A stretch of 64,000 bases of DNA, from contig NIVC01002277.1 of the NCBI GenBank assembly GCA_002269645.1, positions 1 to 64,000 on the forward strand, read 5' to 3'. The translations under genes were made by a program, and so were the position numbers. The stretch comes from Macrostomum lignano (Eukaryota). The number at the start of each line of letters is the position of its first letter. Position 1 is the first letter of the stretch. Below are positions 48,671 to 59,706 of the stretch, piece after piece. The notes below the pieces were generated by a model, which worked only from the letters and a program-made list of their open reading frames with translations, did not search any database and had not been told where the DNA came from.

Positions 48671-50044
48671 GCCCGAAGCCCTCCTGCCAACAATATTTCA
48701 TTAGGTCTTGGACGCGTCAAGGATTTGATCGAACCTAAGCCTGTACGTGCCAATCCGTGACTCTAACCCAATTGAAACTGCGCCAGAAATACGCATCACA
48801 ATGGGCTCTTGGCTTCCACCCGAAATACTAGTATAGTCCAAAGCTCAGCTAAGCTGCGAGTGTCTTCCGTCAAGCTTGGTCGTCTGTTGGCCAGCAGCTC
48901 AGCTATAGCAGTTTCCCGGGTTTTCCGGGTTAATTTCATTATAAAATTGACAGAGAAGTCCGGATAAACCGCGGCCTTCTGTCCGTACTCACAGTGAGCT
49001 GAATAGCAGGAGTAGGAGGAATGAGGCGACCCAAAGGCCAGCCGAGGCGAGATGAGGAGGGCTTCCTTTTCTGTGCTCAGATTCAGGCTCCCAACAGTTA
49101 GTAACGGAAGCCCAGAGGACGGAGGGAAGTCTTGTTGAGCCCTCTCGGAGTTGACTGAATGCAGACGGTTGGATCAGCTTTATTTAGACATTCGCCTGTG
49201 TTTAATACACTCGTAGTACTTTTGTAGTAACCGTGCTCAGAGTTCGCGCCCCATTTTCTGTTTTAATGATTGACTCATTCTCTTTAGACTGAGCTGATCG
49301 GCGACTGCCACGCGGCGTGCATCGCAACTGTTGTTTGTCGCCCCATGCAGCAGTTGGCAAATGTTTTCTGAGCAAACTTTTGCCCGCCTACCCGCTTTGC
49401 TGCTCCTACTCGTCGGTGCGGCCAGTTCACTCTGAAAGTACATTTAACCCAGACTCATTCTGTCAGTCCAGTGTCGCTCTGTCTTTTGTCTACTCTCTCG
49501 CCATCCACAGTCTGCCTCTCGTCTCTTCCTCTCACAGTCTCCCTCTCATCTGCAACATGGAATTTGTGGCAAGAGCATCCGATATGCCTCCCACGTTTTC
49601 CAGTTATTCCGCCTGCGTCCCATCTGATGGGGGTGCAAGGAAGTTTGCCCAGCATTTGGCTCGGCGTTTGACAGGACAAAGCAGCCAGATGTGGGCGGAT
49701 GAAGCTCGCATCCTTTTTTGTAGACAACCAGAGCTGGAGATCCGGATACCCCCCAAAAAAAGAGAATTTCCTTCTGCAGGCTCTGCTACATGGAAATCAT
49801 CTTCATTCGGTCGCCCGAAAAAAGCGTCGATTTCCGCTGTTCGAGGCTCAATTCTCGGGTGGGGGGGGGGGTTCGCCGATGATTCAGCATTTTTTTGCTA
49901 ACTCAATTTCTGTGTCCCGCATTTTCTCAATTAAGGAACCTTTTCCTGATGAGACGATGAGATGGCTTGAACTTTCTGCAACTATCACTAATTGGTTTCA
50001 TTTTAATAAAAAATTCTGCCAAATGTGCCAAAGACGGGATCGAT

Positions 50045-50403
50045 TTCTTAGAAACACCGTGCAGTAATTTCTTAGAAATGTGAACTTGATTTTTAACAAG
50101 CGAAAAAGTGATTTCTCGTGACAGAGTCACTTCTAGGAAGCTTTGAGGCCATTCACTCAGCGTGAAATTTCAACGTGAAAATGTAATTTTTTAGAAGCGT
50201 GAAGAAATTTTTCAGGAAACTTGAAGCCAATTTCCTAGAAAATATTTAGTTTAAGGATTTCTAGGAAAAATCGAAGCTCTTTATCGGACACTGAAAAAAT
50301 GTTTGTAATTCAAATGGAATTTAGTTCTCAGAAAGTGTTAAACAATTTTTAAAAAGCTTCTAACTTTTTGATTTCTTGGAAAAGGACGAGAATTTTCTCT
50401 GAA
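50045..50403. promoter_or_regulatory. Cluster of 8 TTCN3GAA (STAT GAS / BCL6-type) palindromes
   Basis: Sites at 50045, 50069, 50131, 50232, 50259, 50325, 50373, 50395. Confidence 0.5.
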
Positions 50404-51316
50404 ATTGGAACCAGCTGATCTTATAAAAAGTTTTAACTGGATATGCATCTCATTTTCTAAAAGTTTGACACTTTTTAGATTGAAACTGAATTTTTTTAAA
50501 GTTCCACGCTGCTTTTTATCTTGTCGATCTATAGCGATTCGTGTCAGATGGGTCAGATGGAAAAATGCCCCAATCAGTTTGCGTTTTAATTATGGATTTT
50601 GAATAATTTTGAGATTTCGGGTTGGTTTCCAGTCCAGATACGAGTATTAAAAAAGGTCCTTGGAATTTTCAAATTCAGCACAAGAACTCGAGATTTGTTT
50701 GAACAGTGAAGTGAAGTTGAACTCCAGATCTCCAGGTGGGCGCCAATAAGGTTTTGCTCTCGGACTCATAAAAAAGCTCCAAGGTCCTCTGAGTGACCTC
50801 AAGAAGCCTGAAGGGGGAGGGGGCTATTTATGAGCAAACACGGGTGAATAAACCGCTCTACCACCAAGTCTTCCTTTCACCATCTGGTTCAACTATATAC
50901 ATGTAAGGTCCTGAATATAAGCAAAACAGTAGTCATGGAAATATTTCCACTGCCGCCTCATCATTTCAAAGTTGAGCCGCAAATCTGTGGAATGTTTTTT
51001 CTCGATAAAAGATTTATTATCAATTATGGTCCAACAGGTGCTAAGCGAGGCGCGGTGGAGAGAGTTTTGCAGCAATTAGCGAATCATTTATGCCAGTTAA
51101 GTCAAATTCTGCGTGTGCCAGCGACAGCTTCAAATGCGTTCAGGGATTAATTAGTAGCAAGGATCAAAATAGACTCCGGTGACAGATTTACGGCGCAAAT
51201 CCACGTAGGTAGATAAAAGTACATCACGTAGTTGAAATTCATGACATTCCATACTTACAGTTTAATGAAGCTAACTGATGTTACCATCTGTTGATGTTAA
51301 ACAAGGACACAAGAGA

Positions 51317-52221
51317 CTACTGAGTGATCAGTGACGCTACTGAGTGATCAGTGACGCTACTGAGTGATCAGTGACGCTACTGAGTGATCAGTGACGCTAC
51401 TGAGTGATCAGTGACGCTACTAAGTGATCAGTGACGCTACTGAGTGATCAGTGACGCTACTGAGTGATCAGTGACGCTACTGAGTGATCAGTGACGCTAC
51501 TGAGTGATCAGTGACGCTACTGAGTGATCAGTGACGCTACTGAGTGATCAGTGACGCTACTGAGTGATCAGTGACGCTACTGAGTGATCAGTGACGCTAC
51601 TGAGTGATCAGTGACGCTACTGAGTGATCAGTGACGCTACTGAGTGATCAGTGACGCTACTGAGTGATCAGTGACGCTACTGAGTGATCAGTGACGCTAC
51701 TAAGTGATCAGTGACGCTACTGAGTGATCAGTGACGCTACTGAGTGATCAGTGACGCTACTAAGTGATCAGTGACGCTACTGAGTGATCAGTGACGCTAC
51801 TGAGTGATCAGTGACGCTACTGAGTGATCAGTGACGCTACTGAGTGATCAGTGACGCTACTGAGTGATCAGTGACGCTACTGAGTGATCAGTGACGCTAA
51901 TGAGTGATCAGTGACGCTACTGAGTGATCAGTGACGCTACTGAGTGATCAGTGACGCTACTGAGTGATCAGTGACACTACTGAGTGATAGTGACGCTACT
52001 GAGTGATCAGTGATCAGTGATCAGAGTGATCAGTGATACTATAGTGAAAGATCAGTCGCGCTACTGAGTGATCAGTGACGCTAATGAGTGATCAGTGACG
52101 CTACTGAGTGATCAGTGACGCTACTGAGTGATCAGTGACGCTACTGAGTGATCAGTGACGCTACTGAGTGATCAGTGACGCTACTGAGTGATCAGTGACG
52201 CTACTGAGTGATCAGTGACGC
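51317..52221. repeat. 20-bp satellite (CTACTGAGTGATCAGTGACG), about 45 near-identical copies
   Basis: Direct inspection; highly homogeneous. Confidence 0.97.
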
Positions 52222-53544
52222 CAGTGAATATTCAGTGGCATTAGTAAATAACCACTTGACTCGTATACCTAAATACGAAATGAAGAACTTACCAAAGAAA
52301 ACTTCAATCAAGTCGGTTGCCTTATGACACACAAGTCTAAGCAGTGCTTTTAGGAGTTTCACCCTGAAATCTGCGCCGCTCAGGCCCGGGTATATGAAGG
52401 CCGCCCGCTGCTCACCGCTCAGCGTGTCCAATGAGCTCCCGTCATTTTCCTGATTATTCTACTCTTATAGAATCAGCTGCAAGCGATTGGTCAGTCAGTG
52501 AAGAGATTGTTGGGAAATCAAACTGATTTATGAATATGCGCTCGTAACGATGAGCCCTGTCCTAATTAATTAATGAGTTAGCATTTATAAAGTTAAACAA
52601 TGTCCAAAAGCAGAACAGGAGACCAATTTTAGCCTACCAAAAGCTCTGGACACTGAAAAAATGATACAACTTTCGCAAACGCAAAGTGAAAAAATTTGCA
52701 TTCAAATAATTTCCGCTTGTCAGGAGAGAGTTTTAGAAAGCCTCGTCTAGGGAGGGACTTGAGCATCTCCCAGAGGGAGATTTAGAAAGTTGGAAGAGGC
52801 TGAAGCCACTTCAAGCTGCGGGGGTTGACCTCTAATAATGAATTAAGGACTTGCAGGCAAGGATGCGGCAGAATGCTTGCAACAATATAAGCATGTGTAT
52901 GCCCTTTTGTGTATGCCATGTGTATGTCATGTGTATGCCATAGGTCTATATTTATCTTATATGTATATATGATCTTTGGTGTATGCTACGCGGCTTCAGT
53001 TTTTGCAATTGCTGCCGGAAAAGGGCATACAGATGCTTATTGTTCCCTTTTATATCTATGACCACAGTATATGTGTTTAGCGCTCTTATGTCTATGGCCA
53101 AGATATACCTTAGGTATATCGTGCGTGTGAAATGATTTTTGCCGACTGTTGGTCAGTCTACATGTATGTCTATGGCCAAGAAGTGGGCGGCAGTCTTAGA
53201 TCCGGCAATATATTAACAGTAGAACTACCAAGAGGGGGGGGAAAAATTTCTGCTATTAACATTTCTGAATCATTAAAAAATGAAAAAACGGATTGAATTT
53301 ACTGGCTTCTTAAAAGCATAACCCTTTCTGCATAAAAATTGGGTTCAATATTATAGTTGAATAAACTAAACAGCTTTTCGAATAAAATATGTATGTAGCT
53401 CGTATGCATAAAAGTATGTGTAATAATAATATAAATATACAGCAACATGAGTTCAAGCTTAACTATAGCAATGTCCGTGCTTTAAAAATTTTGAGAGCTT
53501 CAGAAATGTTAAGAGCATGATGAAAAATCACGCTCACGTGTCCT

Positions 53545-54330
53545 TACTCCCCTGGTGCCACCTGTTGAAGGTGCCGACGGCGTCGGGGTGATGGCTGAAT
53601 GCTTGACTGACTAGCTGAGGATGTCCAGCAGTTGAGGTTTGCTCATTATTGAAGCTTGATAAGAAAAACCTGACATATTTGCAACAGGATGTCCATAGTC
53701 ACCTGGTGTAATCTGTTGAAGGAGCCGACGGCGTCCGGTTGATGGCTGAATGCTTGACTGACTAGCTGAGGATGTCCAGCAGTTGATTTTTGCCCACTAT
53801 CGAGGCTTGATCGGCGAAACTAGAGAAATTCTTATCAGGCTGTCCATAGTCACCTGGTGTAATCTGTTGAAGGAGCCGACGGCGTCGGGATGATGGCTGA
53901 ATGCTTGACTGACTAGCTGAGGATGTCCAGTAGTTGAGATTTGCTCATTATTGAAGCTTGATAAGAAAAACCTGACATATTTGCAACAGGCTGTCCATAG
54001 TCACCTGGTGTAATCTGTTGAAGGAGTCGACGGCGTCGGGATGATGACGGAAGGCTTGAGAGACTAGCTGACAATGTCCGTCGGTTGAGGTTTGCCCATT
54101 ATTGAAGCTTGATAAGAAAGACCTGACATATTTGCAACAGGACGTCCATAGTCACCTGATGCCACCTGTTGAAGGTGCCGACGGTGTCGGGATGATGAAG
54201 GAATGAATGCTCAGGAGACTAGCTGAGGGTGTCTGGCAGTTGAGGCTTGCCTACTGTCGAGGCTTGATCGGCGAAACTAGAGAAATTCGTATCAATGTGT
54301 TCATAGTCACCTGGTGCCACCTGTTGAAGG
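53545..54330. repeat. 151-bp tandem repeat, about 5 copies
   Basis: GTCACCTG at 53698, 53849, 54000, 54151, 54306. Period is not a multiple of 3. Confidence 0.9.
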
Positions 54331-54724
54331 TCTAGAAGCTCCGTCTTGGTGAAGGCCAGTAACCAACGAAGTCAGAGCTGATGCAGACACATTTGGTCGA
54401 CGTGCTGATGAAATTTGGAGACTTGGCAAGGCTGCACTGAGGCGCAGTGCTATTTGGCGCACAGGGGTATACTGAATACACTAGCGCTTATGGGAAAAAT
54501 CCGACCTTCTGGCAGAATCGTCGAATATCTCGACGGTCCGGAGGGTTGGCGACTTGATTCTTGTTTGAGAAGGTGCGCAACAAAAGTTAGCCCGTGTTCT
54601 TGAATTTTGTGTGCCTGCGTTGCTCCGTTCCGGCGCAGCAAAAAAAATTGTCAGGGGGGGGGGAATTTTTCCCCCCCTCTTGGTAGTTCGACGGGCGGAA
54701 AAATGGCTTGGTATTCCTACTGTT

Positions 54725-54862
54725 AATATAGACTGGCTGTTGAGGACTGAAATGAACTGCAACGCGGAGCTACAGTAGATTTAAGAGAAGATTATAAACT
54801 ACTGCGGACAGCTACCGATATGCGTTTCAGTTCATTTCAGTCCTCAACAGCCAGTCCATATT
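54725..54862. repeat. Inverted repeat, 41-bp arms (39/41 match), 56-nt loop
   Basis: Arms 54725-54765 and 54822-54862. Confidence 0.85.
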
Positions 54863-55122
54863 AGTGTTATGGGTAGGCTGAAGCGCGGACGCACAACGCG
54901 GTTTCACGTCCACAGAAACTGTCTATGGTTGAAAAAGCTTTAGCTATATGCTTAGTGGCGGTTTCGCAGTCCGCGGAGACTGTCTATGGTTGAAACCCAA
55001 ATAGAGTTTGAAGCATTCTTCTCCTGGTGGGTGGGAGAGAAAAATAAGATTTAAACAGCTATAAAATCCGATTACTTATTTTATTGACATTTATTGGGCT
55101 CATTCTGAGCCAGGAAAGCCTA

Positions 55123-55237
55123 GTCTATGGTTTAAAGTGCTATAATTCCAGGCACATCAAATAATTTGATGGGCTCCAAAATGGAGACCATCAAATGATT
55201 TAATGGTCCCTAAATGAAAGCAGTTTGAACCATAGAC
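55123..55237. repeat. Short element with 18-bp inverted ends (GTCTATGGTT...AACCATAGAC)
   Basis: GTCTATGGTTTAAAGTGC versus the reverse complement of GCAGTTTGAACCATAGAC; internal palindrome CATCAAATAATTTGATG. Confidence 0.65.
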
Positions 55238-55404
55238 TAAACAGAACCAGACAGTGTACTTGGATGCAACAAAAAAACTGTTATTATATACTGTATAACG
55301 AAGCAACAAAAAACAATTTTCTAGCCAAGCCATGGACAATTGGTAGGGTTATATAGGAAACATATTACGTTTTTTTCAATAATAGGCAATGCATTAAACG
55401 TTTC

Positions 55405-55931
55405 ACAAACTCACTTAAACTGAATTTCGATTTTAGCTCCATCAATGATGATAGACTTGACACCGTGGTCAGTAATAGAAGCGCTGGAATCTCCAGAAGC
55501 GACAGGCTCACGTAAAAGTGTTGGATCATCGATACCAAGTTTTTCAGAGTTCCCGGCGGATATTTTTCGCCATTCTCCTTCCTCACCTCAAAAACGAAGT
55601 GCAACAGTTCGTTGATCTCATTCTTTGTAAGCTCTTCGACAGGCTTAATCACCGCGAGTCCTGACAGACGGCCTTGCATTTGCAGTTGGACACGATTCTC
55701 CTTCCACGTCTGGAACACATTCATCGCCCACTTTTCTCTTGCTAGTGTAGACTCAGGTGAGCTCTCTAGCATTCTGCGCTCCAAAGCGGTCTCATCAAGC
55801 AACTCACCGAAACGAGAGCTAGGTTTGGTCGGCAGTGTTTTAGCGTTTCCGAGGGGCGGCGGAACTACATTTCCAGCAGGGGCTAGATCGAAAAAATTAA
55901 AAAAGTTGTCGCTATCAAATTCTTCTTCCAT
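55405..55931 (-). mobile_element. Crypton-type (DUF3504/ZMYM-QRICH1-related) tyrosine recombinase, N-terminal part only, truncated
   Basis: SRFGELL...SPESTLAREKWAMNVFQTWKENR...KPVEELTKNEINELLHFVFEVRKENGEKYPPGTLKNLVSMIQHF matches the recalled CryptonA core-binding segment (T.WAV.VF..W ... F..EVRK..G..YPP.TL...IQ). No catalytic R-H-R-H-Y residues follow. Confidence 0.78.
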
Positions 55932-56150
55932 CGCGGCGTGGTTCAAGAGAAAGCTACGAAAGAAAGTAATTCGGATTTCGTCTAGCTAGTACTGTCTTAA
56001 ATTTATGGAAAATTTGTCTATGGTTCCAATGTGGGGGCTTCGCCCCCACACCCCCAGTCGAATCTTTGCCGACTGGCTGCACCGCATTCGGCCCGGCTCA
56101 AGAGAAAGCTACAAAAATAAGTAATTCGGATTTCATATAAGATCACGGTA

Positions 56151-56273
56151 GTTTAATGCGCATTCTATGGTAGAAAGTCCTCGGCCACACTTAATGGTCC
56201 TCGGCTCGCTTCGCTCGCCTCGAGACCATCAAATGCAGCCTCGGACTTTCTAACCCTAGAATGCGCATTAAAC
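56151..56273. repeat. Inverted-repeat element, 30-31 bp arms, with internal GCTCGCTTCGCTCGC
   Basis: Arms 56151-56180 and 56243-56273 differ by one mismatch and one indel. Confidence 0.8.
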
Positions 56274-57529
56274 ATCCATGATTATATACTTAAAGGTTCG
56301 GAATTAGCCATGTTTCACTGGGAATCAATACTAGAGGAAGATATTAGCGGTTTAGAAATGAATGAGATTGAGTTTCTGCAGCAACTTGGACATCGTGATC
56401 CTGGTGAAGAAGTTAGTCAATGGACTGGTCTGAGCGTAAGACAGCAGCAGTTGATTGACGCAGAGTTGTCCAATCCAAGCACATTCAACATTACACCACG
56501 CTAGACAGGTGTGTCGTGGATTGCAGTTTCTAACTACGACCATGTATTTGAGGTAACTATATTGATGAACTATCCAACCACATATCATTCTGTGTTCCCA
56601 AACGTTATTTACTGAATTATTTCGTTTATTTCGTGTTTCATTCATGTTGTGTTTGCTCTCGCAGTGAAATATACTGAGACGAAAAGTTATCCAATTTTAC
56701 CCATGCTTAAATCAGTCGTGAGCAGATTTGCTTTGACCATAGACAGTGACGGTCTCTGCGCCTTGTGGGGTTGATCCTCATAGGTGTGAATCGCACCAAA
56801 ACCTCAAAGGAAGAGCCGCGCTGCTTGCTGTAAAAAATATCTTCTTCGTTTTAATCGCAAAAAGACGCAGAAAACGACGAGAAAACTTTTTCACGGACGC
56901 TTTGCAAGCTGCTTATTGATCAACGCGACCTAAAACAAGTCGTCAACGGGACAGCTCAAGGTAAATGACAAGAAAACAACCTCGTGACATTGCGCACGTA
57001 CAATCAGTCAGAATCAAATTCAAGCTTGACGCAAATATGCTCTGGCCACAATTATCATTTCAACCATGCGAGTAAACTTCGGAGCTTCGGAATCCAGGAT
57101 GCGTACACGTAGCTTGCGTCGAAATTTACGTCTTTCGGGCCAACTTCCTTTAATTATCCGACTGCATGCGGGGACACGTGCCAATGCCATTATTTTAATT
57201 AGTCTGACATGCGCTGGTCCCAAGTGATCGACAATTTCCTCAGGACCTGTTCTATGCTTTACAGACTTAACTTTGTGTGGTATGCAACCACATCAGGGCT
57301 GTCTGGTGTAATATATCCGTGTTGTTTATCTGAACTTCACTACTTGAGTCTTCTTGTCATTAGAACCCAGGTTCGATTGACGGGGAATTCCGCTGGAAAA
57401 TTGATCATTAAATAATAGTATCTACCGAAGGGAGCAGATTGGCTCGGCGCTAAAATGTCAGGAATCACGCGTCAACGTCGCTTTTGTTGTACGATTCAAC
57501 CCCATTAAGTCCCAGGCCACATAGTCGTT

Positions 57530-57590
57530 TGAAATGTACATGCCGGAGAATGAAAGGTTCATAGGGCCGCTGTACATCCTGGGTGAACAT
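57530..57590 (+). mobile_element. Diverged SINE core fragment
   Basis: TGTACATGCC...AGGGCCGCTGTACATCCTGGGTGA resembles the SINE core. Confidence 0.5.
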
Positions 57591-59706
57591 CTGTCAAGCT
57601 GCTTGCCCTCTCGCTGGCTGCGGGTCAACTGTCGGCTTAGGCTAGGTCCAGAAGCCAGGGTAAAAGACCGGTCGGCCATCGAAGTCTGACCGATGACGCC
57701 AGACATGATGCGGTGGACGTGCTGATGAAGTATGAAGATTTGTGTTGGCAAGGCAAGGTCTGAAGCGCAGTGCTGTACTGAATGCCCTAGCAGCATTGAT
57801 GAAGTCTCCTTGAGTTTCGTGTACCTACGTTGCTCCGTTCTGTAGCAGAAAAAAGCAATTGTCAAGTGGTATTTTCTCAAAAATGGGTGGGTGCTCACTG
57901 ATTATGATAGACTGTGCATGGCATTTCGCTCGCTTCAAATAAAAACATATTGCCTACTTAATGACTGTAGCAAACACAGTCATTTTTCATTCACACAACA
58001 TTTTTCCAATGTTGCTCGAAAGTATTTACAATCACGAGTAATGGACCTCGCGGAAGCGCAAATAGGCCATCGAGATCACTCAAACAATCGGAGCTTATAT
58101 ATTTCAAACAAATGTCTGACTAAACTCAAGTCACTATCGCGGTCAGGATTTATGAGTAGGCCGGCTAGGCCATGTTGATTCAAGGAAATGAACTCTCTGC
58201 TGCGATGCAGACTGCATGGGTTGAAAAAAAACTTATTGACATATATTCCTCTACCTTTTTTCCTATAAAAAGGTGCCTCGAATCGAGTGAGGAATCCGCA
58301 TAGCCTGAATTATTCATTCTACCTTGGACTACATATAGCTCGTAAGAAGCCGAAGGCGTTCGAGAATCTTGAGGGCTCGACAAGCGTACAATATAAAAAG
58401 CATTGAAGGTGAATAGTTTATGCACATGTACTGTTTACAAAAGTGCTAGGAATTCGAGTAAAGGCATCAATCAAACTCTTTCTTCTGTATTCTTTCGCAA
58501 TATAAAATGTGTAGGTTTCCTAATATAGCAAAATACGTGATAAAATAATTTGAATCAGTAACAAAAACTTCGGTGCAGTAGGCGTCTGAATTTTACACCA
58601 TATTGGTTGGAATCAAGCAATTGCAGTCGCCAACATTGCAATAAATTCAAGCTAAGTACTACATACCTGAAAAGTGAAAATGACAACCAAGTACCGCTTT
58701 ACATCTATGGGCAGCTAAAGTATAATAATACGCTCTCAAATTCATGCAAATTTTGTCGGAAGCTGCTTTTCGCAGCAAAATGTACTACATGGGAATCCAG
58801 TGTTAAGGATGCTCGTATTTTAAAATCGTAATACATATACATGTGATATATCTCTCCGAGTTTGAACATCCGATGTCCAAATTGTCAATAAAAACAAAAC
58901 ATGTATTATTAATGTTTTATGTTTTATTAAAACATGTATATGTAATAAAACACATAGCAGGTGTGTGTTTCGTTTCAGTCCTCAAGCAGAGTTTTCACAA
59001 CTTGCGAGTGTAGCCTCATTTCTCCATGTTTACATCCTGTACGAATGAAAGGACCTCGTCCTTGTATGAATAGCTAGAGCCTACGTACGCCATTCATATG
59101 CTGTGCGCGTTTAGAGTCAGTCGAATGCACATAGCAAAAAAATGCACTACGGAGAAAATATGCACTAAAATAGTTAATATGATTTCGTAAGCGAAATTGA
59201 TAAAATAAAGACAAAAAACTGAGTATCTCAAAATGATTTCATATTTTGAACATGCTGCAGATTCGAAACGTAGATTCTCCGGTGTGGCAAAAGAAGTAAA
59301 ATAAAAGAGTACAGTTTTCCTTTTACTTTCTGTCGTTAAAATAGTATTTGTTTTGAATTTTGTGAAACAAACGAAAAATTTATTGTTTCTTTTGAAAATA
59401 ATTTTTTTAGCTACAAAATTCATAGCGGTATCTAATAAACCCAATAACTCAACTTCAAATATAGATAGCATGGACCGTTCAAGTCCGAGAGCGACTAGAC
59501 AGGGCCCTTGCCGTTTCGAACATGCGCTAGAATTTTAATTTAAACCTAGTAGTGGCAAACAAAAATTTAGAACTGAAAATGTCACTTTTTTCGCTTGCTG
59601 TAAAGAAAATAAATATGCGATTTCTTATCAAAGATTATAGCACCTACGTATGTGCATAATAGATAGCTAACAAATTGTCAAAGGCATTTTCTACAAGGCA
59701 ATAAGC

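Noticed and set aside
57990-58100. QIGHRDHSNNRSLY as the missing Crypton catalytic GH...Y box
   Set aside because: Opposite strand and 2 kb from the Crypton ORF, spacing off by one, and no upstream HxxR motif.
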